The position numbers and the translations under genes are program-made. DNA of 64,000 nt from Squalus acanthias (lineage: Eukaryota), in the NCBI GenBank assembly GCA_030390025.1, contig CM059432.1, positions 14,448,001-14,512,000 of the forward strand. The letters are read 5' to 3'. The notes below the pieces were generated by a model that was not told where the DNA came from, ran no database searches, and worked only from the letters and a program-made list of their open reading frames with translations. Below are positions 12,811 through 24,505 of this stretch, piece by piece (positions within the stretch are counted from its first letter, which is position 1; the number at the start of each line of letters is the position of its first letter).

Positions 12811-12940
12811 CTGACTTAATTAACTTTATCACACCTCGGCAGATAGTCAGGATGATTTAATTTATTGGTCTGCAATTGTAAAGTACACATGCTTTGTTTT
12901 CCATCTATATATGCTTTGGAGATTCTGTATCTAATTTACT

Positions 12941-12983
12941 TCACCTGAGGAAGGAGCAAATCGATAGCTCCGAAAGCTTGTGA
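12941..12983 (+). ncRNA. Minimal hammerhead ribozyme motif (copy in the inverted pLTR)
   Basis: tcac ctgagga a ggagc aaatcgata gctcc gaaa gctt gtga. Confidence 0.8.
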
Positions 12984-13064
12984 TTTCAAATAAAACTGTT
13001 GGACTATAACCTGGTGTTGTGCGACCTCTCAATTACATCAAGTGACAGCCAGGGTGTGCAGCGT

Positions 13065-13280
13065 CAAGTGAAGTAAATCTGGCCATGGTGAGGCCATCCC
13101 TGGCGTCCCGGGCAGCAATGTGGTCAGGTGCTGATGCTCTCTGTCCTGTGCAGCATCAGGTGATTGCGGAGAAGGTTGGTGTGGTTGTTGGTGCTGATGG
13201 TGTGCCTGGTGATGCAGGTGTTGGGGCTGATCGTGGTCAGATTCTGAGGACCAAGGTGAGAGAGTATAAATGGCACCCAT
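13065..13280 (-). pseudogene. Harbinger transposase relic (N-terminus fused to C-terminus, catalytic core deleted)
   Basis: Low-complexity N-terminus MGAIYTLSPWSSESDHDQPQH... is followed in another frame by HIAARDARDGLTMARFT, resembling the 'RDxLIxxxF' C-terminus of Harbinger transposases; no DDE core between them. Confidence 0.5.
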
Positions 13281-14140
13281 GCTGATGGAATAGATGGCAG
13301 GTGAAGTAGAGATGACAGAAGCGATCTGTCAATGGTGGGAGAGGTAATGAGGTCAGACTGGATGGAGACTTGTGTAAAGACTTGCAGCATTCTGAATCTG
13401 TAGTGAAAATGCAGTTTAGGGAAGCTAGTGCCTAAGGGAACATTTCTCAATCAGCTGGGAGCTTTGACCTGACATTTGAAGCTGTCAACTCATCAGCTGA
13501 TTCAATGGCCACTGACCTCCCACCTCAGCTTCACAGACGAGGTCTAGGCACAGCGGGAAACCGGTAGGCGACCTGTCAAATTCAAAAAGCTGGGGGAAAA
13601 AACATTGTTAAGTGGCTGTAAACAAGGCACTAATGATTTGAATTGGTTCCCCCGCCGCTGCATGTTGGGTCTGCTCAGTATTGGCAGACCCGACATCGGG
13701 AAATGCAGGTGTTCCCGACCCGCTGTCAATCATTTTAAATTTCACAGCTGACCCGCCACCCATCCTGTCCGCTGAGTGCCGGTAAAATCGCAGCCCCTTG
13801 TTTCTCAAAATTTAATTGCATAAACTGTCTCTCCACCAGAACATTCACCAAATGGCAAAATAAAAGCAAACTTATTGCTGATATACTCTCCAGTCTCAAT
13901 AACCTTTTGAATTTTGTTTCTTAACTGCAACTTCCTGGATGCAATGGGGACAGGAACCAAAGGAAATCCAGCAGGAGAAGCCTTCCTCCCAGGCCCACCT
14001 CCCTGTCAAGTCATGCGTCTGGTACTGGTGCTGTAACACAACGCTGAGGCAGAAAATACATTCAATGACGTTTACAGGCACTGAAATTCCACAAGAGGCC
14101 CATCAGGAGATGAACATCGACCAGAATCAGGGGACACTAG

Positions 14141-14985
14141 GGGCTGGATTTTGATACTGGGGACGGGCTGGAGGCGGGACTCCCACTTTTTTGGGTTGTA
14201 GTCCCGCCTCCATCGACTTGTGGCCAACCCACTGTATTTTCCCTTGATTGACCTTGTTGAGCCCGTCCAGCGAGCTCAGCAGGCCAATCAAGGGTCACCC
14301 GGCAACAGGTGACGTCACAGATTGACATTTCATCTGTCAAGAGCTTTTGACAGATGAAATATCAGCGTTTGACAGCTCTGTGAAGCTGTCAAACACTGAC
14401 AATCTGTCTTCTAACTTGAGTCCTTCCTCTCAGGCTGAGTTAGAAATCATTCCAGCACAGAAAACAGAGGCTGCAACTTTTGACAGCTCAACGGCCATTC
14501 TGTTTTCGGTGCCGGTGAGATTTCTGACTCCCGAGAACTGAAGGGCTGACACCTGCAGGAGGAAGTTAAGGTAAGTAAAACTTTTTCCCACACTTCACAC
14601 TTACCTTACACACTTACCTCTGCACACATGCACCCATCACTCACCTGCCCACCGGACATATCGACCCCTCCAACCCCTGCAGACCCACGGTCCGCCCCGA
14701 TAACTTGGCGTGGTTCGGACCTGTCGGGAAGCCCACATTTCAGCTTTTAAAATAGGGATTTGGCAAAAAACTGCCTGTTAACTACCTGTTAACAGGCAGT
14801 TAATTGTCACTAATCCCCTTCCCACCTCGGGGAGGCGGGTCCCAGCACAGGTCGGGTACCCGCCTCCAGCGAAACTGGCATGGAGGCGGGTTGGGGGCGG
14901 GATGGGTTCGGGACCCCCGAATCTGCAACTTTAACCCCCCACACGCTTCCAAACCCGCCTCCACGGGTCAATGAAAATCCAGCCC
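14141..14985. mobile_element. PIF/Harbinger MITE
   Basis: Perfect 12-bp TIR gggctggatttt / aaaatccagccc; 3-bp TSD tag. Confidence 0.9.
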
Positions 14986-15107
14986 TAGGTCTCTTATTTT
15001 AACTCTGAGTCAGCTTACTTCAGGTCAGCAGTTGTGTGAGTTAGAAACTCACCCACTGCTTCAGAAATGAGGCCCGGAGAACTAAAAAAAAATACCAGCA
15101 AGCTTTA

Positions 15108-17698
15108 CAAAAGCAAAATACTGTGGATGCTGGAAATCTGAAATAAAAACAGAAAATGCTGGAAATACTCAGCAGGTCAGGCAGCATCTGTGGAGAGAGA
15201 AATAGAGTTAACGTTTCAGGTCGATGACCCTTCGTCAGAACTGGAAAAAGTTAGAGATATAACAGGTTTTTAAGCAAGTGCAGGGGCAGGAAAAGGGAAA
15301 GGTGGGGGGAGGAAAGAACAAAAGGGAAGGTCTGTGATAGGATGGAAGGCAGGAGAGATTAAAAGACAAAAGGGATGATGGTGCGAGGCAAAAGGAGATG
15401 TAATGGGACGAGTTAAGAAACAAAAGATGGCTCTAGATGAGGTGTAAATGGGAATGGCAGAATCATCAACAGTGAAAAAAAGAATAAAAAAGATTGGGGC
15501 AGAGGTTATAGTCTGAAATTGTTGAGTCCAGAAGGCTGTAAAGTGCCTAATTGAAAGATGAGGTGCTGTTCCTCAAGCTTACGTTGAGCTTTGTTGGAAC
15601 CGTGTAAGAGGCCGAGGACGGGGAGATCAGAGTGGGAGTGGAGCAGAGAATTAAAGTGGCAGGTGAGCGGAAGCTCGGGGTCATGCTTGCGGACTGAACG
15701 GAGGTGTTCCGCAAAGCGGTCACCCAATCTGCGTTTGGTCTCCCCAGTGTAGAGGAGGCCGCATCGTGAGCAGCGAATACAGTATACTAAATTGCAAGAA
15801 GTACAAGTAAATCGCTGTTTCACCTGGAAGGAGTATTTGGGGCCCTAGACAGTGGGAAGGGAAGAGGTAAAAGGGCAGGTGTTGCATCTCCTGCGCTTGC
15901 ACGGGAAGGTGCCATGGGAAGGGGAAGGTGTGTTGGAGGTGATAGAGGAGTGGACTAGGGTGTCGCGGAGGGAGCGGTCCCTTCGGAATGCTGAAGGGAG
16001 GTGAGGGGAAGATGTGTTTGATGGTAGGATCACGCTGGAGGTGACGGAAATGGTGGAGGATGATCCGTTGAATGTGGAGGCTGGTGGGGTGAAAGGTGAG
16101 GACAAGGGGAACCCTATCGTGGTTCTGGGAGGGAGGGGAAGGGGTAAGAGCAGAAGTGCGGGAAATAGAACGGACACAGTCGAGGGCCGTGTCAACCACA
16201 GTAGAGGGGAATCCTCGGTTGAGGAAAAAGGAAGACTTATCAGAAGCACTGGTATGGAAGGTGGCATCGTCAGAGCAGATGCGACGGAGACGGAGAAACT
16301 GGGAGAATGGGATAGAGTCCTTACAGGAAGCGAGAGTGGGGGGAAATGTAGTCAAGGTAGCTGTGGGAATCATTGGGCTTCTAGTGAATGTTTGTCAATA
16401 GCCTATCCCCAGAAATGGAGACAGAGAAGTCGAGGAAGGGAAGGGAAGAGTTGGAGATGGATCATGTGAAGGTGAGGGAGTGATGGAAATTGGAAGGAAA
16501 GTGAATGAAATTTTCTAGTTCAGGACGAGAGCAGGAAACGGCACCGATACAATCATCAATGTATCGGAAAAAGAGATGAGGGAGGGGACCTGAGTAGGAC
16601 TGGAACAAAGAATGTTCCACATATCCCACGAAAAGGTAGGCATAGCTAGGATCCATGTGGGTTCCCATAGCAACACCTTTAATTTGGAGGAAGTGAGTGG
16701 AGTCAAAGGAGAAGTTGTTCAATGTGAGAACAAGTTCAGCCAGGCGGAGGAGGGTGGTGATGGATGGGGACTGGTTGGGCCTCTGTTCAAGGAAGAAGCA
16801 GAGCGCCCTCAGGCCGTCCTGGTAGGGGATGGAGGTGTAGAGGGATTGGACGTCCGTAGTGAAAAGGAGACGGTTGGGGCCAGGAAACTGGAAACTGTTA
16901 AAGTGGCGGAGGGAGTCGGAAGAGTCGCAGATGTATGTGGGAAGAGACTGGACAAGAGGAGAAAAAATAGAGTCGAGATAGGAAGAAATCAGTTCAGTGG
17001 GGCAAGAACAGGCTGAAACGATGGGTCTACCAGGGCAGTCCTGTTTGTGGATCTTGGGAAGGAGGTAGAAGCAGGCTGTGCGGGGTTGGGGAACTATGAG
17101 GTTGGCGGCCGTGGAGGGAAGATCTCCAGAGGAGATGAGGTCAGTGACAGTCTTGGAAACAATGGCTTGATGTTCGGTAGTGGGGTCATAGTCCAGGCGG
17201 AGGTAGGAGGAGGTGTCGGAGAGTTGGCGTTCAGCTTCCGCTAGGTAGAGGTCGGTTCGCCAAACAACAACAGCACCACCCTTGTCAGCAGGTTTAATGA
17301 CAATGTTGGGGATGGCTCTGAGAGAATGGAGTGCTGCAAGTTCAGAGGGAGGGAGGTTGGAGTGAGTGAGGGGAGCAGAGAAATTGAGACAGCCGATGTC
17401 ATGCCGGGAGTTCGCAATGAAAAGATCTAGAGAGGGTAAGAGGCCTGAGGGAGGGGTCCAGGTAGAACGAGAATTCTGAAAACGGGAGAAAGGGTCAGCC
17501 GTGCGGGGGGAAGACTCCTGGCCAGAGAAGTGGACACGGAGATGAAGGCGACGGAAAATCAGCTTAGTGTCGTGCCGAGCTCGAAATTCATTGAGGTGGG
17601 GGCGTAAGGGGATGAAGCTCAGGCCTCTGCTGAGGACTGATCGTTCGGGGTCAGAGAGGGGAAGGTCAAAGGGGATAGTGAAAACACGGCAGGGGGTG
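15108..17698 (-). mobile_element. Penelope-like element (family B), 5'-truncated and frameshifted
   Basis: GVAMG, RYIDD, SIPFSQFLRLRRICS, LVYCIRC...YTGETKRRLGDRFAEH, PSGLN in overlapping ORFs; 3' end with HHR. Confidence 0.92.
15206..15242 (-). ncRNA. Minimal type I hammerhead ribozyme motif
   Basis: AGUU-CUGACGA-A-GGGUC(auc)GACCU-GAAA-CGUU-AACU. Confidence 0.8.
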
Positions 17699-18231
17699 AT
17701 AAACCACTTTATTTCAAGCTCTTTAGCTGAGGACCTTATTTAAACCCCTGGACTAAATGACAACTCTATTACTCCCACTACCGTCAGCCGCTGATTCTAT
17801 ACAAAACACTGCGTGATGCCAGAGCTACAAAATAAAATTGAAATTTCGCACTCAGGGTATCACAATGAAGCAGCAGCTTACTCCTCACAGATAGCAACAT
17901 TAATAAAACCAGAAAAACCTCATTAACAATGCAGGGATAAAAAGATAAACTGTGAGTGCCAGAAACTTGAACTAAAAATAAAATAGCACAGCAGGTCAGT
18001 CAGTATCTGAAAGAGAAAAGGAAAGTTCATCCATTCTGACTAGAAGCACTAGGACGAATATAAAAAACACAGAAAAGGAAGTTACAAAAATTGGTCAGCA
18101 GGGTTAAATTAGAAGACGAGGCTCATGGAGGATGTTATTGAAGCAGTCAAGTTTCTTCGGGATATAGATACATTCAACATCGAAAATGTGTTTGGAATTG
18201 CCACAAACTCTAGAACAGAGGGCAAAGGCTC

Positions 18232-19583
18232 ATAAGAACATAACAAATAGGAGCTGCAGTCGGCCATATGACCCTTTGTAAGCATTGGCGCAAGCCCCAA
18301 GGATCCCAGTCAGAGGGGCGTGGTGCAGTTGGCCTAGACAGACACACCTGTGAGTTTCAATTTAACTATGGAAAAGACATTTGCTTTGGACAATGAGCGT
18401 CTCAATAGGTGATTTAACTGTGAATAGGTGATTTAACTTTGGACAATGAGACTTCGTGTTTTAATGGGTTTCGATGGATCTTCAATTGGCTAAGACCACG
18501 ATTTGCCAGTTTCGCTGGAACAATAGACTTCCTGGCCTCAAAGAAAAACACTTTAACCTTGGGCAAAACACATCAGCAGTAAGACTAAATCACATCAAAT
18601 ATGTACCACAGGGAGGGGTAGACAAGATAAGGAATTGTCTTCCAACCCCAGCCCTGTACATGTCCTGTGGTTTGGATTACTGGGTGTGTATTGGAATACA
18701 AGAGTTGGGGGAAGGCCCAGACTCGAAAAGGCGGGAACCAGACAAAGAAGGCTGATTTAAAAGACATCACCGCAATACACAGAACTGAAGGAACTTTCAG
18801 GGTATACAGAGAAGGCAGCTTTGGCCATTTTTCTTCTCTCTCTCGCTTGCTCTAAACCACCACGAGCGACAAGAGCCTCACCTTGCTCTTCGACTGTAGG
18901 AACGAACCTCGAAACTGGGACTAGGATACTGCATCGGTGATACGGAACCAGGAGACACGTTCTACACAGGGAAGCAGCGAGCAAGAAAACGGACAATCGG
19001 GGTGAGCATTGTCAAGCCCACGCATCCTTAAGACCACCGGTACTGTGTGAGGGGGTGTTGTGTGTCCCAACCAATCCAGAGGGGTTTATTGGGGAGGTTC
19101 TGTGTGTATTATATAGTGTATGTTCCGGGGTTTGTGGAACAAGTCCATGTTATACTCTGTATGCAACACAGTGTGATTTTAGGCGTCTTAATATGAGACA
19201 GGGGCCTGTTCGACGGGTCAAGTTGTATTGTTGTACTGTTTGTTTTACGCCACCAGGCATTTTACGTACTGGAGGCGGGTGTGTGTGTTAACCTTATTAA
19301 ACACCGTACGGTTGAGTCCAAAAAGCTTGTCTGTGTCCCAATCCTGTTCACCATAATTCCTGTCGTATAGAACTAAGTAGGAGGGGTGATTCGAACCACC
19401 AAAGCAAACCACCTACACCTTCGAGCCTGCTCCACCATTCAATAAGATCATGCCTCAGCTTCAACCTCAACTCCACCTTCCCGCTCGATCCCCATATCCC
19501 TTGATTCCCTTGGGAGTCCAAAAATCAATCTATCTCAGCCTTGAATATACTCAACGACTGAGCATCCACAGCCCTCTGGGCTC
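18232..19583 (-). mobile_element. CR1 3' UTR fragment interrupted by a solo LTR
   Basis: cataagaacataac...cggccatatgaccctt resumes as ccttcgagcctgctccaccattcaataagatcatg after the LTR. Confidence 0.8.
18277..19417 (+). mobile_element. Solo LTR, 1141 bp (Gypsy or ERV-type)
   Basis: TGTA...TACA termini; 4-bp TSD cctt (18273-18276, 19418-19421); internal direct repeats at 18384-18450; attaaa at ~19296 gives a tentative orientation. Confidence 0.8.
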
Positions 19584-20124
19584 AGAGACGGGAATGGATA
19601 TATTTAATTACTTCGCACACATTCACCACCTTCTGTGCAATGGATTGTCTATAAAGGCACTAGAGACAGATATAGTGTGGAAAACTTTAAAGGGGAATTG
19701 AACAGATATTTGAGAGAGTGGGCAATTGGGAGGTATTGGAGGACTGAGCAGATAGACTGCTGGTTCTCTGCCCATAGCACTACTGATCCTATGTTCCTAT
19801 GTAATGTATCTTTCAGGTGCTGACTGACATGCTATGTATTTCCAGAATTTTCGATCTTTATTTCTTTATAGAGCAATTCTTCAATGACCTGAGTGTTATG
19901 AACAGATCATTTCATGGAAGTCTTCAACCAATCCTTTGGTCACCTCTGTTAACTCTTATCCTAACTCCTGCTCAAATTTCCCTGCCCTTTTGAGAAGCAT
20001 TTCAGGATTTTTTCCCCCACTGTGTTAAAGGCTACTCAAGGCTGGATAAGAACAAATTGTTCCGAGAGTCTAATCTGATTCTTATTTCAATTCCTGAGGC
20101 CGAGCAACTCCCTGCTGTTTGAAA

Positions 20125-22136
20125 AAAGGAAGTTTGGGATGGGAATAGGGCCATTAAGGGATAGACAGGATAATACCATAGGTGACGATAGAGAGATGGC
20201 AGAAATATTAAATAATTATTTTGCTTCAGTATTTACCAGGGAGATAGAACAGGTGGACATGACATTGGATGATGAGATTAGTAATGAGATAAGTGCATTT
20301 AAAATAAAAAAGAGGGGATATATTAAATAAACTAATCAAACTCAAAGAGGATAAAACCCCATGTCCGGATGGATTGCATCCACGCATTTTAAAAGAATCT
20401 AGGGAAGAGATAGCAGAGGCATTACTACACATATTTAATAATTCATTAGAAAAAGGTGTAGTGCCAGAGGACTGGCGGATTGCTAACGTAACACCAATAT
20501 TTAAGAAGGGGGATAGAACATGTCCAGGGAATTATAGACCAGTCAGCTTAACATCGGTGGTAGGAAAAATAATGGAATCTCTACTAAAGGAGAAAATAGA
20601 AGAACATCTAGAAACCAAACATATAATAATGAATAGTCAGCATGGATTTCAAAATGGAAAGTCTTGCTTGACCAACCTCATTGAATTCTTTGAAGAGGTA
20701 ACAGAGAGAGTAGACAATGGTAATGCAGTAGATGTAATTTATTTAGATTTTCAAAAGGCCTTCGATAAGGTACCCCATAATAGACTGATGAACAAGGTCA
20801 GAGAATGCGGAGTCAGGGGACAAGTAGCAGAATGGATTGCTGGCTGGCTTCAAGACAGAAAGCAGAGAGTGGGAGTAAAGGGTAGCTATTCACAGTGGCA
20901 GAAGGTGGGTAGTGGTGTTCCACAAGGATCAGTGCTGGGACCACCGCTGTTCACAATTTATATAAATGATTTAGACTTTAGAATCAAAAACACAATTTCT
21001 ACATTTGCGGATGACACCAAATTGGGGGGGGGGGGATAGTCAGTACTGAGGAGGACTGCAACAAATTACAGGAGGATATTAATAAACTTGCAGAATGGGC
21101 ACATAATTGGCAAATGAAGTTCAACACAGATAAATGTGAGGTATTACATTTTGGTACGGAGAATAGGGAGGTCACTTATTACTTGGAGGGTGCGAGTCTA
21201 GGTGTGGTAGAGGAACAAAGGGATCTCGGAGTACAAATACACAAATCACTAAAAGTTGCGACACAGGTTAGCAAGGCTATAAAAAAAGCAGGAAGTCGCA
21301 CAACACCAGGTTATAGTCCAACAGTTTTATTTGAAATCACAAGCTGTCAGAGCGGCTGCTCCTTCGTCAGGTGACGAAGGAGCAGCCGCTCCGAAAGCCT
21401 GTGATTTCAAATAAAACTGTTGGACTATAACTTTGTGTTGTGCGACTTCTCACTTTTGTCCACCCCAGTCCAACACCGGCATCTCCGCATCATAAAAAAA
21501 GCAAACCAAGCACTAGGGTTTATTTCTAGAGGTATAGAATTAAAAAGTAGGGAAGTTATGCTAAACCTGTATCAAACCTTGGTTAGACCACACAGAGTAC
21601 TGCATACAGTTCCAGTCGCCATATTATAAAAAGGATATAGAGGCACTGGAGAGGGTGCAGAGATGATTTACAAGAATGATACCAGAAATGCGAGGGTATA
21701 CATATCAAGAAAGGATGAACAGGCTGGGTCTCTTTTCTCTTGAAAAATGGCTGAGGGGTGACCTAATAGAGGTCTTTAAAATTATGAAAGGTTTTGATAG
21801 AGTGAATACAGAGAGAATGTTTCCACTTGTGGGGAAGAGCATAACTAGAGGCCATCAATATAAGATAGTCACCAAGAAATCCAATAGGGAATTCAGAAGA
21901 AACTTCATCCAAAGAGTGGTGAGAATGTGGAACTCACTACCACAGGGAGTGGTTGAAGCAAAAAGTATAGATGCATTTAAGGGGAGGCTAGACAAGCATA
22001 TGAGGGAGAAGGGAATAGAGGGTTATGCGGATAGATTTAGATGAGGAGAGACGGGAGGAGGCTCGAGTGGAGCATAAACGCCGGCATTGACTGGTTGGGC
22101 CGAATGGCCTGTTTCTGTGCCGTATATCCTATGTAA
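20125..22136 (+). mobile_element. CR1 LINE, 5'-truncated, interrupted by a mini-PLE
   Basis: NYRPVSLTS, QHGF, DFQKAFDKVPH, GVPQGSVLGP, FADD, WNSLP; CR1 3' UTR. Confidence 0.95.
21291..21492 (+). mobile_element. Miniature palindromic Penelope-like element (family A)
   Basis: Same architecture as 865-1066; TSD taaaaaaagca (21280-21290, 21493-21503); cleanly splits the CR1 reading KAIKKA|NQALGFI. Confidence 0.92.
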
Positions 22137-22406
22137 ATCAGTTGTGAAGGTTCTTTTTAAAATCGTTAATAATTGAACAGGCAGGCACAATGTAGCCTTT
22201 GCCTACGCAGTTGGTTTGGATGTGGGTTTAACCACCGCAGTGTAAAGAGGGCATGACTGTGCTATTAGAAAGTCACACAATCACAGGAAGCAGATATCTT
22301 ATCTGGATCCTGTTTACATTCAAACTAAACGTCAACATGCGACATTCTTAATGCTAAAATTGGCAGTCAAATTGCTAGTGAGCTAATGGGCAACTCCTAG
22401 AAATCC

Positions 22407-23203
22407 AACAACAACAATTTGTATTTATATAGCGCCTTTAACGTAGTAAAACGTCCCAAGGCGCTTCACAGGAGTATTATAAGACAACAAATTTGACACC
22501 GAGCCACATAAGGGGAAATTAGGGCAGGTGAAGGAGGTAGGTTTTAAGGAGCGTCTTAAAGGAGGAAAGAGAGGCGGAGAGGTTTAGGTAGGGAATTCTA
22601 GAGCTTAGCGATAAGCAACAGAAGGCACGGCCACCAATGGTTGAGCGATTATATCAGAGATGCTCAAGAGGGCAGAATTAGAGGAGGGCAGAATTAGAGG
22701 AGCACAGATATCTCGGGTGGTGGGGAGGGGGAGGGGGAGGTGGGGGTTGTGGGGCTGAAGGAGATTACAGAGATAGGGAGGGGCCGAGGCCATGAAGGGA
22801 TTTAAAAACAAGGATGAGAATTTTGAAATCGAGGCGTTGCTTAATCGGGAGCCAATGTAGGCCAGCGAGCACAGGGGTGATGGGTGAACGGGACTCGGTG
22901 CGAGTTAGGACACGGGCAGCCGAGTTTTGGATCACCTCAAGTTTACGTAGGGTAGAACGTGGGAGGCCAGCCAGGCGTGCGTTGGAATAGTCCAGTCTAG
23001 AAGTAACAAAGGCATGGATGAGGGTTTCAGCAGCGGATGAGCTGAAGCAAGGCCGGAGACGGGCGATGTTACGGAGGTGGAAGTAGGCGGTCTTAGTTAT
23101 GCTGCGGATATGTGGTCGGAAGCTCATTTCAGGGTCAAATATGACACCAAGGTTGCGAACAGTGTGGTTCAGCCTCAGACAGGTGTTAGGGAGAGGGATG
23201 GAG
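22407..23203 (-). mobile_element. L2 LINE 3' fragment
   Basis: AETLIHAFVTSRLDYSN, ITPVLAGLHWLP; (caa)n tail. Confidence 0.9.
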
Positions 23204-23369
23204 TCACTGGCTAGGGAATGAAGTTTGTGACGGGGACCGAAAACAGACCGAAATCCAGGTAACTATCTCAACCATGTACCTGGATTCCTGAAATGTCCCC
23301 CTATCCATGCAGGTGAGATATTGCACAGTTTGAAATCAGGACAGCAGCGCAGGCAGTTGGATAAAACGT

Positions 23370-24300
23370 TGCAAGAGGATGATGTGGTCAGCTGAGCTGT
23401 GTCAACGGCTGCAGAAAGGTCAAGGAGGATTAGGCACCAAGGTCACAGTCGCAGTGAGAAGAGCGGAAACCTGATTCGAGGGATTCAAACAGGGAGTTGT
23501 GGGAAAGATGGGCACGGAACTGAGAAGCGACAACTAATTCAAGAGCTTTGGAGAGGAGAGGGAAACTAGAAATGGGTGATAGTTTGAAAGGTTAGAGGGA
23601 TCAAACATGGGTTTTTGGGTGGGTAGGGGTGATGATGACAGTGTTAAAAGGGAGGGGGGTCAATGCCTAGGGAGAAGGAATCATTTATAATGCCAGGAGC
23701 ATAGGGGCCATGATGGGAAGTTGGGCAGTCAGGAGTTCAGTGAAAATGGGGTTGAATGAGGAGGAGGTGGGTCTCATGGACAAGTTGAGCTCTGAGAGGG
23801 CATGGGGAGGGAAACTAGAGAGATGGGAGTTCAAGGCTAGGGTATTGGGGACTGGGGGGAAGGTTTGGCTTGGTAGGCAAGCGGAAGGCGGGGAGCAGAG
23901 GCAGCTGAATGGATGGTCTCTATCTTTGTTACAAAGAACTCCATCAGCAGCTCCCACTTCCTAAAGGTGACGGTGGAGGGAGCAGCAGAGAGGGAATTAA
24001 GGAGGTGGTTTGCTGTGCAAAAAAGGAGCCAGGGGTTACCTTTGCTCTCCAGGTTGATCCTAGAGGAGTGGATGGTTGTAGCAGAGAAAAGCAAGGAACT
24101 AGCTTGATAATGGTCCAGTCCGATCTGGTGATGAATGACTAATGATTGTGCCTCTTGGACTTGAGGGAGTAAAGATTGGAGCTGTACTGGGGGGGGGGGG
24201 ACACGACAGGGATGGAAGACAGGGACAGTTTTGCTGAGGATGAGGATATCAAAAGGTGGAGGTGAAGAGAAGGAGTGACTGAGCAAATCAACAGCTGCAG
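23370..24300 (-). mobile_element. Older, decayed L2 ORF2 fragment
   Basis: Minus strand reads 'ctccttgacctttctgcagccgttgacaca' (LLDLSAAxDT-like) and ESKGNPWLLFCTANHLL...FFVTKIETI. Confidence 0.65.
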
Positions 24301-24505
24301 AGAAAGAAAGAAAGAATTGCATTTATGTAGCACCTTTCACGACCATCGGACGTCCCAAAGCGCTTTTACAGCCAATGAAGTGCTTTTCGAAGTGTAGTCA
24401 CTGTTGTAATGTAGGAAACACGGCAGCCAATTTGCGCACAGCAAGCTCCCACAAACAGCAATGTAATAATGACCAGATAATGTGTTTTTGTGATGTTGGT
24501 GTTGA
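24301..24505 (-). mobile_element. SacSINE1-like SINE 3' part
   Basis: Matches 62395-62600; (aaag)n tail. Confidence 0.8.

Larger units (their letters stand above)
10822..13034 (-). mobile_element. Penelope-like element (family A), 5'-truncated, with inverted 5' pLTR
   Basis: 224-bp inverted repeat 10859-11082 / 12811-13034; 37-nt unpaired 3' tail; 13-bp TSD acatcaagtgaca (10809-10821, 13035-13047); RT + GIY-YIG ORF. Confidence 0.95.
8035..13796. mobile_element. Non-autonomous PIF/Harbinger DNA transposon carrying nested LINE and PLE insertions
   Basis: Imperfect TIRs ggccgagattttcc / gtaaaatcgcagccc; flanking ctt at 8032-8034 and 13797-13799; Myb/SANT relic on + and transposase relic on -, convergent. 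Confidence 0.75.

Noticed and set aside
12811..12832. ORF start MIKLIKS of the 515-aa Penelope ORF
   Set aside because: It comes from the inverted pLTR and begins with GTG; it is a chance in-frame extension of a 5'-truncated ORF.
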